A DNA stretch of 64,000 bases. Origin: an uncultured Chloroflexia bacterium (lineage in GTDB: Bacteria; Chloroflexota; Limnocylindria; Limnocylindrales; CSP1-4). Location of the stretch: contig CAVPWX010000013.1 in the NCBI GenBank assembly GCA_963709605.1, positions 81 to 64,080 on the forward strand. Reading direction: 5' to 3'. The number at the start of each line of letters is the position of its first letter. Within the stretch, counting starts at the first letter, position 1. A program made the position numbers and the translations under genes. Under the pieces are notes generated by a model. It saw nothing but the letters and a program-made list of their open reading frames with translations, was not told the origin of the DNA and ran no database searches. Positions 53,598 to 64,000 of the stretch are shown here, piece after piece.

Positions 53598-55060
53598 ATG
53601 AGGAACCGGCCGGCGCGGCCCGCGGTCGCGCTCCTGCTCGGGATCGTCGCGCTCCTGATCCCGCTCGTCGCAACGGCATGCGGGGTTCCCCCCGCCCCCA
53701 CGGCGGCGCCGCCGGACCCCGGCGAGGTCGCGGCGGCCATCACCGAGGAGGGCCTCCGGGCCCGCCTGGTGGACCTGGCGGCAGCGACCGGTGACGCCGC
53801 GCCCTACCGCGCGGTGGGCTCCGCGGGCTACGACGCAGCCGCGGAGATGGTGGAGCGCGAGCTGCGCGCTGCCGGCTGGACCGTGACCCCCGACGAGTAC
53901 GCCGGCGCCGGCTTCGTGGACGAGGGTGGCACGTCCCTGGAGGTCGGCGGCCTGACCTTCGGCGATGCCGACCTCCGCGCCATGATCTTCGCGCCCGCCG
54001 GCGAGGTCGAAGGGCCCGTCATCACGCTCGACAAGCAGCTCGACGCCCCCGTCGGCAGCGCCAAGGGCTGCGCCGTCACCCACTACAGCCTCCTCCCGGA
54101 GAACGCGATCGTCGTCGTGAGCCAGGGCCCGTGCCCGCGTCGCGACCAGGTCATCGCCGCGCAGAAGGCAGGTGCCGCCGCGTTCGTGGCGGTCCACCCC
54201 GGGGTCCCGAGCGGCGTCGTCTTCCGCCCGACGCTCATCGAGCCCCGCGCCCTCGAGATCCCGGCGGTCGCCGTCTCGCGCGATGTCGCGGCCGCGCTCC
54301 TCGAGGCGGGCGCGACGCGGGAGACGGCCCGGCTCGTGACCCGTGCGCGCACGCGAGAGGTCCCGACCTGCTCGATCATCGCCGAGCTGCCGGGAACCGA
54401 GCCCGGCGCGGTGATCATGCTGGGGGCGCATCTCGACTCGGTGCTCGACGGCCCGGGGATCAACGACGACGGCTCCGGCGTCGCGGCCCTGCTCGAGATC
54501 GCGCGGGCCCTCGGCGGACGCGCCCTCGGGCGACGATCCGCCTCGCATTCTGGAGCGGCGAGGAGCTCGGACTGCACGGCTCGTATCGCTACGCGACCAC
54601 CCTCTCGAGCGAGGATGCGCGGCTCATCCTCGTCTATGCCAACGTCGACATGATCGCCTCGCCGAACGGGTTCGCCGGCGTCTACGACGAGCCGGGCGCG
54701 CCGGTGGGCTCGGCGGCCGCGCGCGAGCTGCTCGCCTCCGCGGTCGAACGCGCGGGCGGCACGCCGATCGGCGTCGACCTGGGCGGCGGATCGGACCACC
54801 GCGCGTTCGCCGAATCGGGAGTGGCCACGGCCGGCGTCTTCTCGGGCGCCGGCGAGCCGGTCTCGGCGGAGCAGGCTGCCGCGTCGGGGGCGCAGGCTCC
54901 GGGCTCCGGCGCCGTGGCAGGCCAGCCGGCAGACGCCTGCTACCACCAATCCTGCGACGATCTCGCGAACGCGAACCTGCGCCTCGCCCGGGTCCTGGCG
55001 GCGGGCCTCGCCGACTTCACCGTCCGGGTGGCCAACAACCCGGAGCTGCTGCGCCACTGA
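53598..55060 (+). CDS. M28 family aminopeptidase with PA domain, lipoprotein; apparent frameshift near 54517
   Basis: Lipobox-like ATAC, GAHLDSV..GPGINDDGSG, then next frame FWSGEELGL, NVDM, GSDH, CYHQSCD. Confidence 0.88.
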
Positions 55061-55161
55061 GGAGGGCGCTGCGCCGCGGGCGACGCTGCGGCAGCTGGCC
55101 GATACTGGGTCGGCGTGTTCCTCGATGGAGCAAGGACACCACGCGCCAGGAGGGGACCTCG

Positions 55162-55725
55162 ATGACCGACCCGCGAACGATCATGGGCCCGATGGCCGAC
55201 TCGCTCGAGGCGACGACCGGCCGCTCCGTGGATGACTGGCTGGCGATCGTGCGCGGCCTGGGCCTCCAGCGCCACGGCGAGATCCTGGCCGCCCTCAAGC
55301 GCGACCACGGCCTCACCCACGGCTACGCGAACCTGCTGGCGCTGGTCGCCACCGGCTACGGCCAGCAGGGCGAGGCCGAGCTCGTCGAGGGCCTCTTCGC
55401 CGGCCCCAGGGCGGGCCTCCGGCCGCTCTACGACCGGACCCTCGAGATCGCGACCGGCATGGGCGACGACGTCGCCATCGCCCCGAAGAAGACGATGGTC
55501 AGCTTCCGCCGGACGAAGCAGTTCGCCTGCTTCACGCCGATGTCGGCCAAGCGTGTCGACCTGGGAGTCAACCTGCGGGGCGACCTGGCCGACGAGGCGG
55601 TGGGCGTGGCGCGCCTGCGACCGACGCCCGGCGGCATGGCCAGCCACGTCTTCGCGATCACGACCCCGGAGGAGATCGACGACGAGGTCATTGCCTGGAT
55701 CCGCCGCGCCTACGACGTGAACTGA
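55162..55725 (+). CDS. Hypothetical protein (DUF4287-like N-terminus, DUF5655-like C-terminus)
   Basis: [40 protein letters not shown]; AGGAGG RBS. Confidence 0.75.
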   Translation: MTDPRTIMGPMADSLEATTGRSVDDWLAIVRGLGLQRHGEILAALKRDHGLTHGYANLLALVATGYGQQGEAELVEGLFAGPRAGLRPLYDRTLEIATGMGDDVAIAPKKTMVSFRRTKQFACFTPMSAKRVDLGVNLRGDLADEAVGVARLRPTPGGMASHVFAITTPEEIDDEVIAWIRRAYDVN

Positions 55726-55809
55726 GCCGACCGCACCGGCCGGCCCTCTCCCCGCCCTCTGCTACGCTTCGGCCTCCGACCGACCGCCACCACCCGGAGC
55801 CGCAGCGCC

Positions 55810-57259
55810 GTGTCCGAGCGTCCGCCCGCGCACCCTCGTCGAGAAGATCTGGGACGACCACGTCGTCGCCCAGGACGAGGGCTCGCCCGCCGTCCTGGCC
55901 ATCGACCTCCACCTCGTCCACGAGGTGACCTCGCCCCAGGCGTTCACGAGCCTGCGCGCCCGCGGGCTGCGCGTTCGCCGGCCCGAGCGGACCGTCGCCA
56001 CGGCCGACCACTCCACGCCGACCACTCCCCGCGGCCTCCCGATCATCGATCCGATGGCCGCCGCCCAGGTGAAGCAGCTGGAGACGAACTGCGCGGACTT
56101 CGGCATCCCGATCCACGCCTACGGCTCGGACACCCAGGGGATCGTCCACGTCATCGGCCCGGAGCTCGGGCTCACCCAGCCCGGCATGACGATCGTCTGC
56201 GGCGACAGCCACACCGCGACCCACGGCGCGTTCGGGGCCCTTGCGTTCGGCATCGGGACGAGCGAGGTCGAGATGGTCCTCGCCACCCAGACCCTGCTGC
56301 AGCGGCAGCCGAAGACCTACGAGGTCCGCGTCGACGGGCGCCTGCGGCCGGGCGTCGGGGCCAAGGACATCATCCTCGCCCTCATCGCCCGGATCGGGAT
56401 CGGCGGCGGAACCGGCCACGTCTTCGAGTACCGGGGCGAGGCGATCCGCGCGCTCTCGATGGAGCAGCGGATGACGATCTGCAACATGAGCATCGAGGGC
56501 GGCGCCCGCGCCGGCCTCGTCGCCCCCGACGACGCCACCTTCGAGTACGTCCACGGCCGCCGCCACGCCCCGCAGGGCGCGGCCTGGGACGCGGCGGTCG
56601 CCCGCTGGCGGAGGCTCCCGACCGACGACGGAGGGACCTTCGACACGTCGATCACGCTCGATGCGAACACCCTCGAGCCGATGATCACCTGGGGCACGAA
56701 CCCCGGGATGGGGATCCCGATCTCCGGGCGGGTCCCCCGCCCCGAGGAGGCCGCCGATCCCGCCGCCCGGCGAGCGCTCGAGCGGGCGCTCGAGTACATG
56801 GGCCTGCAGCCCGGCCAGCCGATCGCCGGCCAGCCGGTGGAGGTCGTCTTCATCGGGAGCTGCACCAACTCGCGGATCAGCGACCTGCGGCTCGCGGCGT
56901 CGGTCCTCGAGGGCCGCCACGCGGCCGAGGGCGTGCGGCTGATGGTCGTCCCGGGCAGCCAGCAGGTGAAGGCCCAGGCCGAGCGCGAGGGCCTCCACGA
57001 GATCTTCCGCGCGGCCGGCGCCGAGTGGCGCGACTCGGGCTGCTCGATGTGCATCGCCATGAACGGCGACCAGCTCTCGCCCGGCCAGTACGCCGTCAGC
57101 ACGAGCAACCGCAACTTCGAGGGGCGCCAGGGCAAGGGCGGACGGACGCTCCTGGCCTCGCCGCTGACCGCGGCGGCGACCGCGATCGCCGGGGTCGTGA
57201 CCGACCCCCGGACGCTCCCCGGGATCGAGCAGCCGGCGCCCGTCGGCGGGGGGTACTGA
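55810..57259 (+). CDS. leuC: 3-isopropylmalate dehydratase large subunit; one extra base near 55822-55828
   Basis: [58 protein letters not shown]. Confidence 0.93.
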
Positions 57260-57262
57260 GCC

Positions 57263-57898
57263 GTGGCCGAGCCGTTCCGCCAGTTCACCAGCAGGGTCGT
57301 CCCGCTCCCGGCGGAGAACGTCGACACGGACCAGGTCGTCCCGGCGCGCTACCTCAAGATCACCGACAAGGCGGACCTCGCGAACGCCCTCTTCCACGAC
57401 TGGCGCTTCGACGACGACGGGACGCTCAAGGACCCGCCGTTCGTCCTCGACCGGCCGGAGATGGCCGGCCGGCAGATCCTCCTCGTCGGCGACAACTTCG
57501 GGACCGGCTCGTCGCGCGAGCACGCCCCGTGGGCGCTCACGGCATGGGGGATCCGGGCCGTCCTCTCCACCGGCTTCGCCGACATCTTCCGCAACAACGC
57601 CCTCAAGAACGGGGTCCTGCCGATCGTCGTCGACCCGGCGACCCACGCCCGGCTCTTCGAGATGGTCGAAGCCGACCCCGACGCCCGCCTGACGGTCGAC
57701 CTCGCCGAGCAGGGGGTCCTGCTCCCCGACGGGAGCACGCTCGACTTCGCGATCGATCCGTTCGCGAAGCGGATGCTCCTCGCCGGCACCGATGAGATCG
57801 GCTACGTCGTCGCGAAGCTCCCCGAGATCGAGGCCTGGGAGGCGACCCATCCGGCGCGGGTCGACACGCGCATCGGGACGCCGCTCGCCGCCGGCTGA
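57263..57898 (+). CDS. leuD: 3-isopropylmalate dehydratase small subunit
   Basis: NVDTDQVVPARYL, NFGTGSSREHAPWAL, FADIF.NN..KNG. Confidence 0.95.
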   Translation: MAEPFRQFTSRVVPLPAENVDTDQVVPARYLKITDKADLANALFHDWRFDDDGTLKDPPFVLDRPEMAGRQILLVGDNFGTGSSREHAPWALTAWGIRAVLSTGFADIFRNNALKNGVLPIVVDPATHARLFEMVEADPDARLTVDLAEQGVLLPDGSTLDFAIDPFAKRMLLAGTDEIGYVVAKLPEIEAWEATHPARVDTRIGTPLAAG

Positions 57899-58014
57899 CG
57901 GCGCCGTCCGCGCGCGGCGGCCGCCTGGCGCGCGGTCGCCGATCGCGACCGATCGGCCCCAGCTCGGGCCGTCCGACTCGTGCCTTTGGCGCGGCAGCGG
58001 CGCACCATCAGGCC

Positions 58015-58577
58015 GTGCTCGATCCACTGCCGCCCGTCCCGCCGCGCGTAACGATCCGGCCGGAGCGCCGCGACGACCCCGCCGACGTCGGGGCCATCAG
58101 GGCTGTCCACCTCGCCGCCTTCCCCACCCCGGCCGAGGCGGACCTGGTCGATGCCCTGCGGGAGGCCGGCGAGATCGACTGCGAGCGATCCCTGGTCGCC
58201 GAGGTGGAGAGCGCGATCGTCGGCCACTGCCTGCTGACCGCGACGGCCCTCGAGCGCCCCGACGGGTCGCGGGTCATCGGGCCGATCGTGGCGCTGGGGC
58301 CGATCGCCGTGCTCCCCGCCTGGCAGCACCGGCACGTCGGGACGACGCTCATGCACGCCGCCCTGGGTCGCTGCGACCTGGACGGCGCCGCGGCCGTCGT
58401 CCTCGTCGGCAGCCCGACCTACTACCTGCGGTTCGGCTTCGGGCCGGCCCGCGACGTGGGGCTCCTGCCGCCCGGCCACTGGCCCGACGACGTCTGGCTG
58501 GCCCGCCTCCTCTCGGCCTGGACGCCCGCCGTCGGCGGCGTCGTCCACTACGCCCGCCGTTCATGGAGATGCCGTAG
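58015..58577 (+). CDS. GNAT family N-acetyltransferase (YhbS-like); apparent frameshift near 58556
   Basis: AF...EADLVDALR, LGPIAVLPAWQHRHVG, VLVGSPTYYLRFGF; expected end HYAPPF in shifted frame, stop at 58577. Confidence 0.82.
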
Positions 58578-58725
58578 CGGCCTGACCCGGCCTGCCGCCC
58601 GGTCGTTGAGCCGACGACAGGAGCGAGGGACGCTCGAGCGGCTTCTCCAGCAAATGCTCGTGAGGAAGGCGAGGCGCCGCAGGTCCGTCCAGAGGCTGAG
58701 CGCCTCGCTGACCGGGACCCCTCGA

Positions 58726-59404
58726 TCAGGTCCCGGCGGCGCGGGCGTCGCGCACCCAGCCGAGGAATGCACGCGTCCGGCGGGCGATCTCCGCGCGGTC
58801 GCGCGAGGTGACGAGGTCCGCCGGATAGAGGTGGCCGGCGACCCCCAGGCAGGCGGCCCCCGCGGCGATCCAGGCGCGGGTCGCCTCCTCGGTCGCCACG
58901 ACGTTGGTCGGCATCACCCGCGACCCGGGGCTGGGGCCCAGGAAGTTGCGCACGAACGCCGGGCCGTCGTACGCAGCCGCCGGGAAGAGCTTGACGATCT
59001 CGCAGCCGAGCTCCTCCGCGGCCGCGATCTCGGTCGCGGTGCCGCAGCCGGGGATGTAGACGACGCGCCGCCGGTTGCAGAGCCGGGCGACCTCCTCGCT
59101 GAGCGACTGCCCGACGACGAAGCGCGCCCCGGCGGCGATGAAGAGCGCGGCGGTCGGCGCGTCGATGATCGTCCCGGCGCCCAGGGTCACCGCGGGCAGC
59201 TCGGCGGCGACCCGGCCGCGCGAGCTGGGCGAACGTCTCGTAGGCGCCCTCGCCCCGGTTGGTGAACTCGACGACGCGCGAGCCGCCGGTCGCGCAGCCC
59301 GCGACCATCTCGAAGGCGGTCTCCGCGTCGGGGGCGCTGAACGTGGGGACCGCCCCGTCCTCGAGGATCGTGCGCAGGACGGCGAGGCGGTCGGGGGCGG
59401 GCAT
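58726..59404 (-). CDS. eda: KDPG/KHG aldolase family protein; apparent frameshift near 59214
   Basis: VVEFTNRG, then next frame LGAGTI, GARFVV, PGCGTATEI, IVKLFPA (Schiff-base Lys). Confidence 0.85.
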
Positions 59405-59513
59405 CGGCGGGCGGCTCCTCGGCGGCGGGTCGCAGGCGGCGGGCGCCGGCGTGGCGGCTCGGGCGACCGGGGCCATGGTGCCGGAATCGGAGCCGTCGCG
59501 CACGATCGACGCG
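59402..59513. repeat. Dispersed direct repeat, copy 1 (eda upstream region)
   Basis: 59461-59513 matches 63140-63192 at 48/53 nt; a second block (GGGCGGCTCCTCGGCG.CGGGTCGC) also matches. Confidence 0.85.
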
Positions 59514-59654
59514 CTGGGCCGCCAGTCCGGTCCGCACGGCCGCGTCCGTCCCCGGCGCCCGCCTCTGAGACAATGAGGCGAGTCTCCAGCGGGCGAGATC
59601 GCGCGGCACGAGCCGTGACCCTCCGACCCGAACCGAGGATGACGGAGGTCGCCG

Positions 59655-61577
59655 ATGAGCCACGGGACCAACGGGACGATCCTTCGCGTCGACCTCACCG
59701 CCGGGTCGATCTCCACCGAGTCCTTCGATGACGGCTTCTACCGCCGCTACCCCGGCGGCAAGGCGCTCGCGGCGTACCACCTCCTGCGGGAGCTCCGGCC
59801 GGGCGTCGATCCGCTGGGCCCCGAGAACCTCCTCGTCCTCGCGACGGGCCTGCTGACGGGTGCCCCGATCTCAACCGCGACGCGCTTCAACGCGATCGCC
59901 CGCTCGCCCCTCACCGGCGGCTTCGGCGAATCGGAGGCCGGCGGCTACTGGGGACCCGAGCTCAAGATGGCCGGCCTCGACGCCATCCTCGTCACCGGCC
60001 GGTCGCCCGATCCCGTCTACCTCTGGGTGAAGGACGGCGTGGCGGAGATCCGCGACGCGCGGCACCTCTGGGGCCAGGACCCGCCGGCGGTCCAGGCCGC
60101 CATCCGCGAGGAGCTCGGCGACCGCCTGGTCCGCGTCCTCCAGATCGGGCGCGCCGGGGAGAACCGCGTGCGCTACGCGATGCTGATGAACGAGCTGCGC
60201 CACTACAACGGGCGGACCGGCATGGGCGCCGTCATGGGCTCCAAGAACCTCCGCGCCGTCGCCGTGCGCGGCAGCCGCCGCTACGGCGACCTTGCCCGCG
60301 ACCCGGGCGCCCTGGCCGAGCTCGGGCGGCGCCTGGCGAAGCAGATCCCCGAGCACCCCCAGGCCTGGGACCTGCGCACGAAGGGGACGCCGGGGCTGAC
60401 CGACGCGATGAACGCCGGCGGCATCCTGCCCACCCGCAACTTCCGGCAGGGCGCCTTCGAGCGCGTCGACGAGATCGACTTCGCGGCCTACCTGGCGCTG
60501 CGCAGCGGGACCCGCTCCTGCTACGCCTGCGCCGTGCGCTGCAAGCCGGAGATGGCCTTCAGCGACCGGCACACCGTCACCGACACGTACGACGGTCCCG
60601 AGTACGAGGCCGTCGCCGGCTTCGGGTCCGACTGCGCGATCGGCGACCTGCAGGCAGTCGCCCGGGCGAACGAGCTGTGCAACGAGCTGGGCCTCGACGT
60701 CATCTCGACGGCCGGGACCATCGCCTTCGCCATGGAGTGCTTCGAGCACGGCCTCATCGGGCCGGGCGACACCGACGGCCTCGAGCTGCGCTTCGGGAAC
60801 GCCGAGGCCGTGCTGGAGATCGTCCCCCGCATCGCCGACCGCAGCGGGTTCGGCGAGCTTCTGGCCCAGGGCTCGCGGCGGGCGGCCGAGGCGATCGGGG
60901 GCGACGCTCCGTCCTTCGCCATGCACGTGAAGGGCCAGGAGCTCCCGATGCACGAGCCACGGGGCAAGGTGGGGGTGGGCCTCGGCTACGCCACGAACGA
61001 GGCCGGCGCCGACCACCTCGTGGGCTTCCACGACCCGCTCTTCGTGAAGCCGGACTCGGTGCCGTTCCGGTCCGTCGCCGACCTCGGCATCACGGAGCCG
61101 ACCGGGGTGCTCGATCTCGGCGAGAAGAAGGTCCGGATCTGGCACACCAGCGAGCGCTGGAACAGCGCCGAGAAGGTCCTCGGCCTCTGCTTCTTCGGCC
61201 CCGTCCCGCGGTCGCTCATCCAGGTCGCCGACGTCGTCGCGGCCGTGCGCGCCGCGACGGGCTGGGACATGACGGCGGACGAGCTGCTCGAGGTCGGCGA
61301 ACGGGCCGTCAACATGGCCCGCGTCTTCAACGTCCGGGAGGGCTTCACCCGGGCCGACGACCGGCTCCCCGACCGGCTCTTCAGCCCGCTCGAGAACGGC
61401 GCGCTGGCGGGGACGGCCATCCCGCGCGACGACTTCGAGCGGGCCCTCACGAACCTCTACCTGCTCAAGGGCTGGGACCCCCAGACGGGGATCCCCACGG
61501 AGGCGCGCCTGCGCGAGCTCGGGCTCGAATGGACGGCGGACACGCCGGTCGCCGGCGGGGCGGTCGCCGGCGGCTGA
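59655..61577 (+). CDS. Aldehyde:ferredoxin oxidoreductase family protein (AOR, usually tungstopterin)
   Basis: ILRVDL, SPLTGGFGES.AGG, GRTGMGAVMGSKNL, CYACAVRC, GPEYE, GLDVIS, VKGQELPMHEPRG, DDRLP. Confidence 0.93.
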   Translation: MSHGTNGTILRVDLTAGSISTESFDDGFYRRYPGGKALAAYHLLRELRPGVDPLGPENLLVLATGLLTGAPISTATRFNAIARSPLTGGFGESEAGGYWGPELKMAGLDAILVTGRSPDPVYLWVKDGVAEIRDARHLWGQDPPAVQAAIREELGDRLVRVLQIGRAGENRVRYAMLMNELRHYNGRTGMGAVMGSKNLRAVAVRGSRRYGDLARDPGALAELGRRLAKQIPEHPQAWDLRTKGTPGLTDAMNAGGILPTRNFRQGAFERVDEIDFAAYLALRSGTRSCYACAVRCKPEMAFSDRHTVTDTYDGPEYEAVAGFGSDCAIGDLQAVARANELCNELGLDVISTAGTIAFAMECFEHGLIGPGDTDGLELRFGNAEAVLEIVPRIADRSGFGELLAQGSRRAAEAIGGDAPSFAMHVKGQELPMHEPRGKVGVGLGYATNEAGADHLVGFHDPLFVKPDSVPFRSVADLGITEPTGVLDLGEKKVRIWHTSERWNSAEKVLGLCFFGPVPRSLIQVADVVAAVRAATGWDMTADELLEVGERAVNMARVFNVREGFTRADDRLPDRLFSPLENGALAGTAIPRDDFERALTNLYLLKGWDPQTGIPTEARLRELGLEWTADTPVAGGAVAGG

Positions 61578-61816
61578 TGGAGGTCCACCTCGGCGGCCAC
61601 CTCGCCTTCTACGACCCGCAGAAGCGCTCGCGCTTCGAGGTGCACCTGGACGCCGAGACACCGCTCCTCGAGGTGATCCGGATGCTGGGCGTCCCGGAGG
61701 CGGAGATCGCGGTCGCCGCGGTCAACCGGGCGGTCGTCGCGCTGGCGGAGGCCCGGGTGGGCGACGCCGACCGTCTCGACCTCTACCCTCCGATGAGCGG
61801 CGGCGCCCGTCGCTAG
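61577..61816 (+). CDS. MoaD/ThiS-family ubiquitin-like sulfur carrier
   Basis: 79 aa, ATG overlaps AOR stop; AVN, DRLDLYPPMSGG followed by ARR. Confidence 0.85.
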   Translation: MEVHLGGHLAFYDPQKRSRFEVHLDAETPLLEVIRMLGVPEAEIAVAAVNRAVVALAEARVGDADRLDLYPPMSGGARR

Positions 61817-63081
61817 CCCGCGCCGAGCTCCCAGACCGTCACCTCCGCGCCGGCCGGGAGCGAGGCGGGCACGAAGGCCAGCCCGTTCGCGGCGGCCAGC
61901 GACGCGAGCATGTAGGAGTCCTGGCCGCCCGACGAGCGGGCCACGAGCCCGTTCGGGTGGTCCGGATCGGGCTCGAGGACGACCCGGGCGAGAGTCAGCC
62001 GCCCGGGCGACCCGGCCAGGGGCTCGGCGAGGCGGGCGCGTCGCACGGGACGATCGAAGACCCGGGCGTGACCGGCCAGCGCGCGGAGCATGGGCCGCAC
62101 GAAGAGCTCGAACGTCACGAAGACGCTCACGGGGTTCCCGGGGAGCCCGAAGAGCGCCACGTCGCGCTCCCCCGAGCGGGCCCGGGCGAAGGCGAACGGG
62201 CGCCCGGGCTTGATCGCCACCCGCCACAGGGACATCGTGCCCAGCGTCGCGAAAGCCGTCTTCACGTGGTCGTGGGCGCCCACGGAGACGCCCCCGCTGA
62301 GCACCACGACGTCGGCCCACGAGACCGCCTCCTCGAGAAGCCCCAGCAGGTCGGCGAGGGTGTCGCGGGCGATCCCCAGCCGGCGCACCTCGGCGCCGGC
62401 GGCCCGCGCCTGGGCGGCGAGCGCGGGGCCGTTGCTGTCGTGGATCTGGGCCGGGCCCAGCGGCTCGCCCAGGGGCACCAGCTCGTCGCCGGTCGAGAGG
62501 ACCGCCACGCGCGGCCGGCGGCGGACCTCGACCGTCGCGTGCCCGGTGGCCCCGAGCAGGGCGACCGCCGCGGGGCCGATCGCGAACCCGGCAGGCAGGA
62601 GCGGCGCCCCGGCCACGACGTCGGTGCCGGCCCGGCGGACGTTGGCGCCCGCGGCCGCGGCGGCCCGGATCCCGACCTCTTCCGGGAGCGCGGCCTGCCC
62701 GGGCTCGGCATCGGTGTCCTCCACCGGCACCACGGCGTCCGCTCCCGCGGGCATCATCGCCCCCGTCATGATCCGCAGCGCCGACCCCGGCTCAACCCTC
62801 GCGCCCGCGGGCCCCCCGGCGGGGATCTCGCCGAGGACGCGCAGAGTCACCGGCGCGGCGACGCTGGCGGCGGCCACGTCCGCGCTGCGCACGGCGAACC
62901 CGTCCATGGCGCTGTTGTCCCAGGGCGGGACCGTCAGCGTCGAGCGAACCGCCCCGGCCAGCACCCGGCCGGCCGCGTCGTCGACGCCGACGCGCTCCGT
63001 GGGCAGCGGCGTCACGCCCGCGAGGACGCGACCCTGCGCCTCCTCGAGCGGGATCAGCGGGGGCAGGCCGGCGTCGGTCAT
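61813..63081 (-). CDS. moeA: Molybdopterin molybdenum/tungsten transferase MoeA
   Basis: PPWDNSAMDGFAV, IMTGA, STGDEL, SGGVSVG, AIKPGRP, FGLPGNPVS. Confidence 0.95.
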   Translation of the reverse strand: MTDAGLPPLIPLEEAQGRVLAGVTPLPTERVGVDDAAGRVLAGAVRSTLTVPPWDNSAMDGFAVRSADVAAASVAAPVTLRVLGEIPAGGPAGARVEPGSALRIMTGAMMPAGADAVVPVEDTDAEPGQAALPEEVGIRAAAAAGANVRRAGTDVVAGAPLLPAGFAIGPAAVALLGATGHATVEVRRRPRVAVLSTGDELVPLGEPLGPAQIHDSNGPALAAQARAAGAEVRRLGIARDTLADLLGLLEEAVSWADVVVLSGGVSVGAHDHVKTAFATLGTMSLWRVAIKPGRPFAFARARSGERDVALFGLPGNPVSVFVTFELFVRPMLRALAGHARVFDRPVRRARLAEPLAGSPGRLTLARVVLEPDPDHPNGLVARSSGGQDSYMLASLAAANGLAFVPASLPAGAEVTVWELGAG

Positions 63082-63192
63082 CGTGGGGGCGGCTCCTCGG
63101 CGACGGGTCGCGGCCGGCGGACGGGGGTGGGGCCGGGCCGGGCAACCGGCGCCATGGTGCCGGAATCGGGGCCGTCGCGCACAATCGTCGCG
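63079..63192. repeat. Dispersed direct repeat, copy 2 (moeA / marP-like intergenic region)
   Basis: Homologous to 59402-59513 from the minus-strand start codon outward. Confidence 0.85.
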
Positions 63193-64000
63193 ATGGATCT
63201 CCTGCCCATCAACACGATCGACCTGCTCGTCCTGCTCGTCGCGATCGCCGCGGCGATCGTCGGCTACCGCTCGGGCGCCATCCCGCAGGTGCTCGGCCTG
63301 GCGGCGGTCGGGCGGAGCCGTCGTGCTCATCGTCCTCTTCGCGCCCCAGATCACCAACGCGCTGGCCGGGCTCGAGCAGCCCGCCCGCGCCCTGGTCGCG
63401 ATCGGCGGGGCCTTCCTCGTCGTGGCCATGGCGGAGGCGATCGGCTCGGGGGTCGGGGCCGCCGTCCGCGACCAGGCGGACGGCGTGGCCGGCGGGGTCG
63501 ACAGCGCCCTCGGCGCATTCCTCGGGGCCGGCCAGGCGCTCGTCGTGGCCTGGCTCGTCGGCGGGCTCCTCGCGACGAGCTCCATCCCCGTCGTCTCCAC
63601 CCTGGCCCAGCGGTCGGTCGCGGTGCGCTGGCTGCTGGAAACGCTGCCGCCGCCCGGCGACGTGATCGGCGAGGTCGGTGTCATCCTCGACGAGAGCGGC
63701 CTGCCGCAGGTCTTCTCCGGCATCGAGCCGCTCCCCGCGCCGCCGGTCGACGTGCCGGGCGGCGGCGACGCTTCGGGGATCGCCGCCCGGGCCGTCGGCA
63801 GCACGGTGCGGGTGGAGGCGCAGGGCTGCGGGGCGTCGTTCACGGGGACCGCCTTCTCGGTCGCCGACGGCTACTTCGTGACGAACGCCCACGTCGTGGC
63901 CGGGGCCGAGCGGATCACCCTCCGGGGCGTCGGATCGAGCGCCCGGGGGACGGTCGTCCTGTTCGACCCGGATCTCGACGTCGCAGTCGTCCGGGCGGCC
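63193..64000 (+). CDS. MarP-like membrane serine protease (CvpA-like TM domain + trypsin-like domain), partial; apparent frameshift near 63311
   Basis: MDLLPINTIDLLV..GYRSG, then DSALGAFLG, GLPQVFSGIEP, STVRVEAQGC, FVTNAHVVAG, FDPDLDVAV; runs off window end. Confidence 0.85.
   Translation, partial: MDLLPINTIDLLVLLVAIAAAIVGYRSGAIPQVLGLAAVGRSRRAHRPLRAPDHQRAGRARAARPRPGRDRRGLPRRGHGGGDRLGGRGRRPRPGGRRGRRGRQRPRRIPRGRPGARRGLARRRAPRDELHPRRLHPGPAVGRGALAAGNAAAARRRDRRGRCHPRRERPAAGLLRHRAAPRAAGRRAGRRRRFGDRRPGRRQHGAGGGAGLRGVVHGDRLLGRRRLLRDERPRRGRGRADHPPGRRIERPGDGRPVRPGSRRRSRPGG

Noticed and set aside
63082-63156. 25-codon upstream ORF (MAPVARPG...PPPR) overlapping the moeA start
   Set aside because: In the homologous copy upstream of eda the same ATG is in a different frame relative to the gene, so coding function is not conserved; CACCAT is more likely a -10 element

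Overview
Very GC-rich bacterial chromosome segment. Gene content (HrcA/CIRCE, PlsY, PgpH-type HD protein, sortase-like protein, MarP-type protease) points to a monoderm-type organism, probably Chloroflexota; this is an inference from protein sequence style, not a computed placement. Left to right: PGM/PMM + mannose-1-P guanylyltransferase; a SAM-cycle block (metK, ahcY, mtnA, apt) with an S9 peptidase and a sortase-like lipoprotein; plsY; a ~15 kb glycerol/dihydroxyacetone locus; mfd-pth-ybeY-pgpH-yqeY-rpsU; HIT-mtaB; prmA-dnaJ; ppgK; an ABC-2 exporter; dnaK-grpE-hrcA with two CIRCE boxes; M28 peptidase; leuCD; KDPG aldolase; AOR-moaD-moeA; start of a MarP-like protease. The most interesting part is the glycerol locus. 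(1) A short GlpA-type FAD glycerol-3-phosphate dehydrogenase sits where SdhA would be, directly ahead of SdhB/C/D-like genes, with no sdhA, glpB or glpC in the window, suggesting a hybrid complex-II-type G3P:quinone oxidoreductase. (2) Extra DhaL/DhaM paralogues flank a soluble PAS histidine kinase and OmpR-type regulator; one DhaL with a degenerate GRASY motif is translationally coupled to the kinase, suggesting a DhaL-based sensor. (3) A ketopantoate-reductase-like gene and an HPr with Asp at the Ser46-equivalent position sit inside the operon. About a dozen single-base frameshifts in otherwise intact genes, many in short G/C runs, look like assembly indel errors, so single-base conclusions need read-level checks. 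No rRNA, tRNA, CRISPR array or transposase was recognised.
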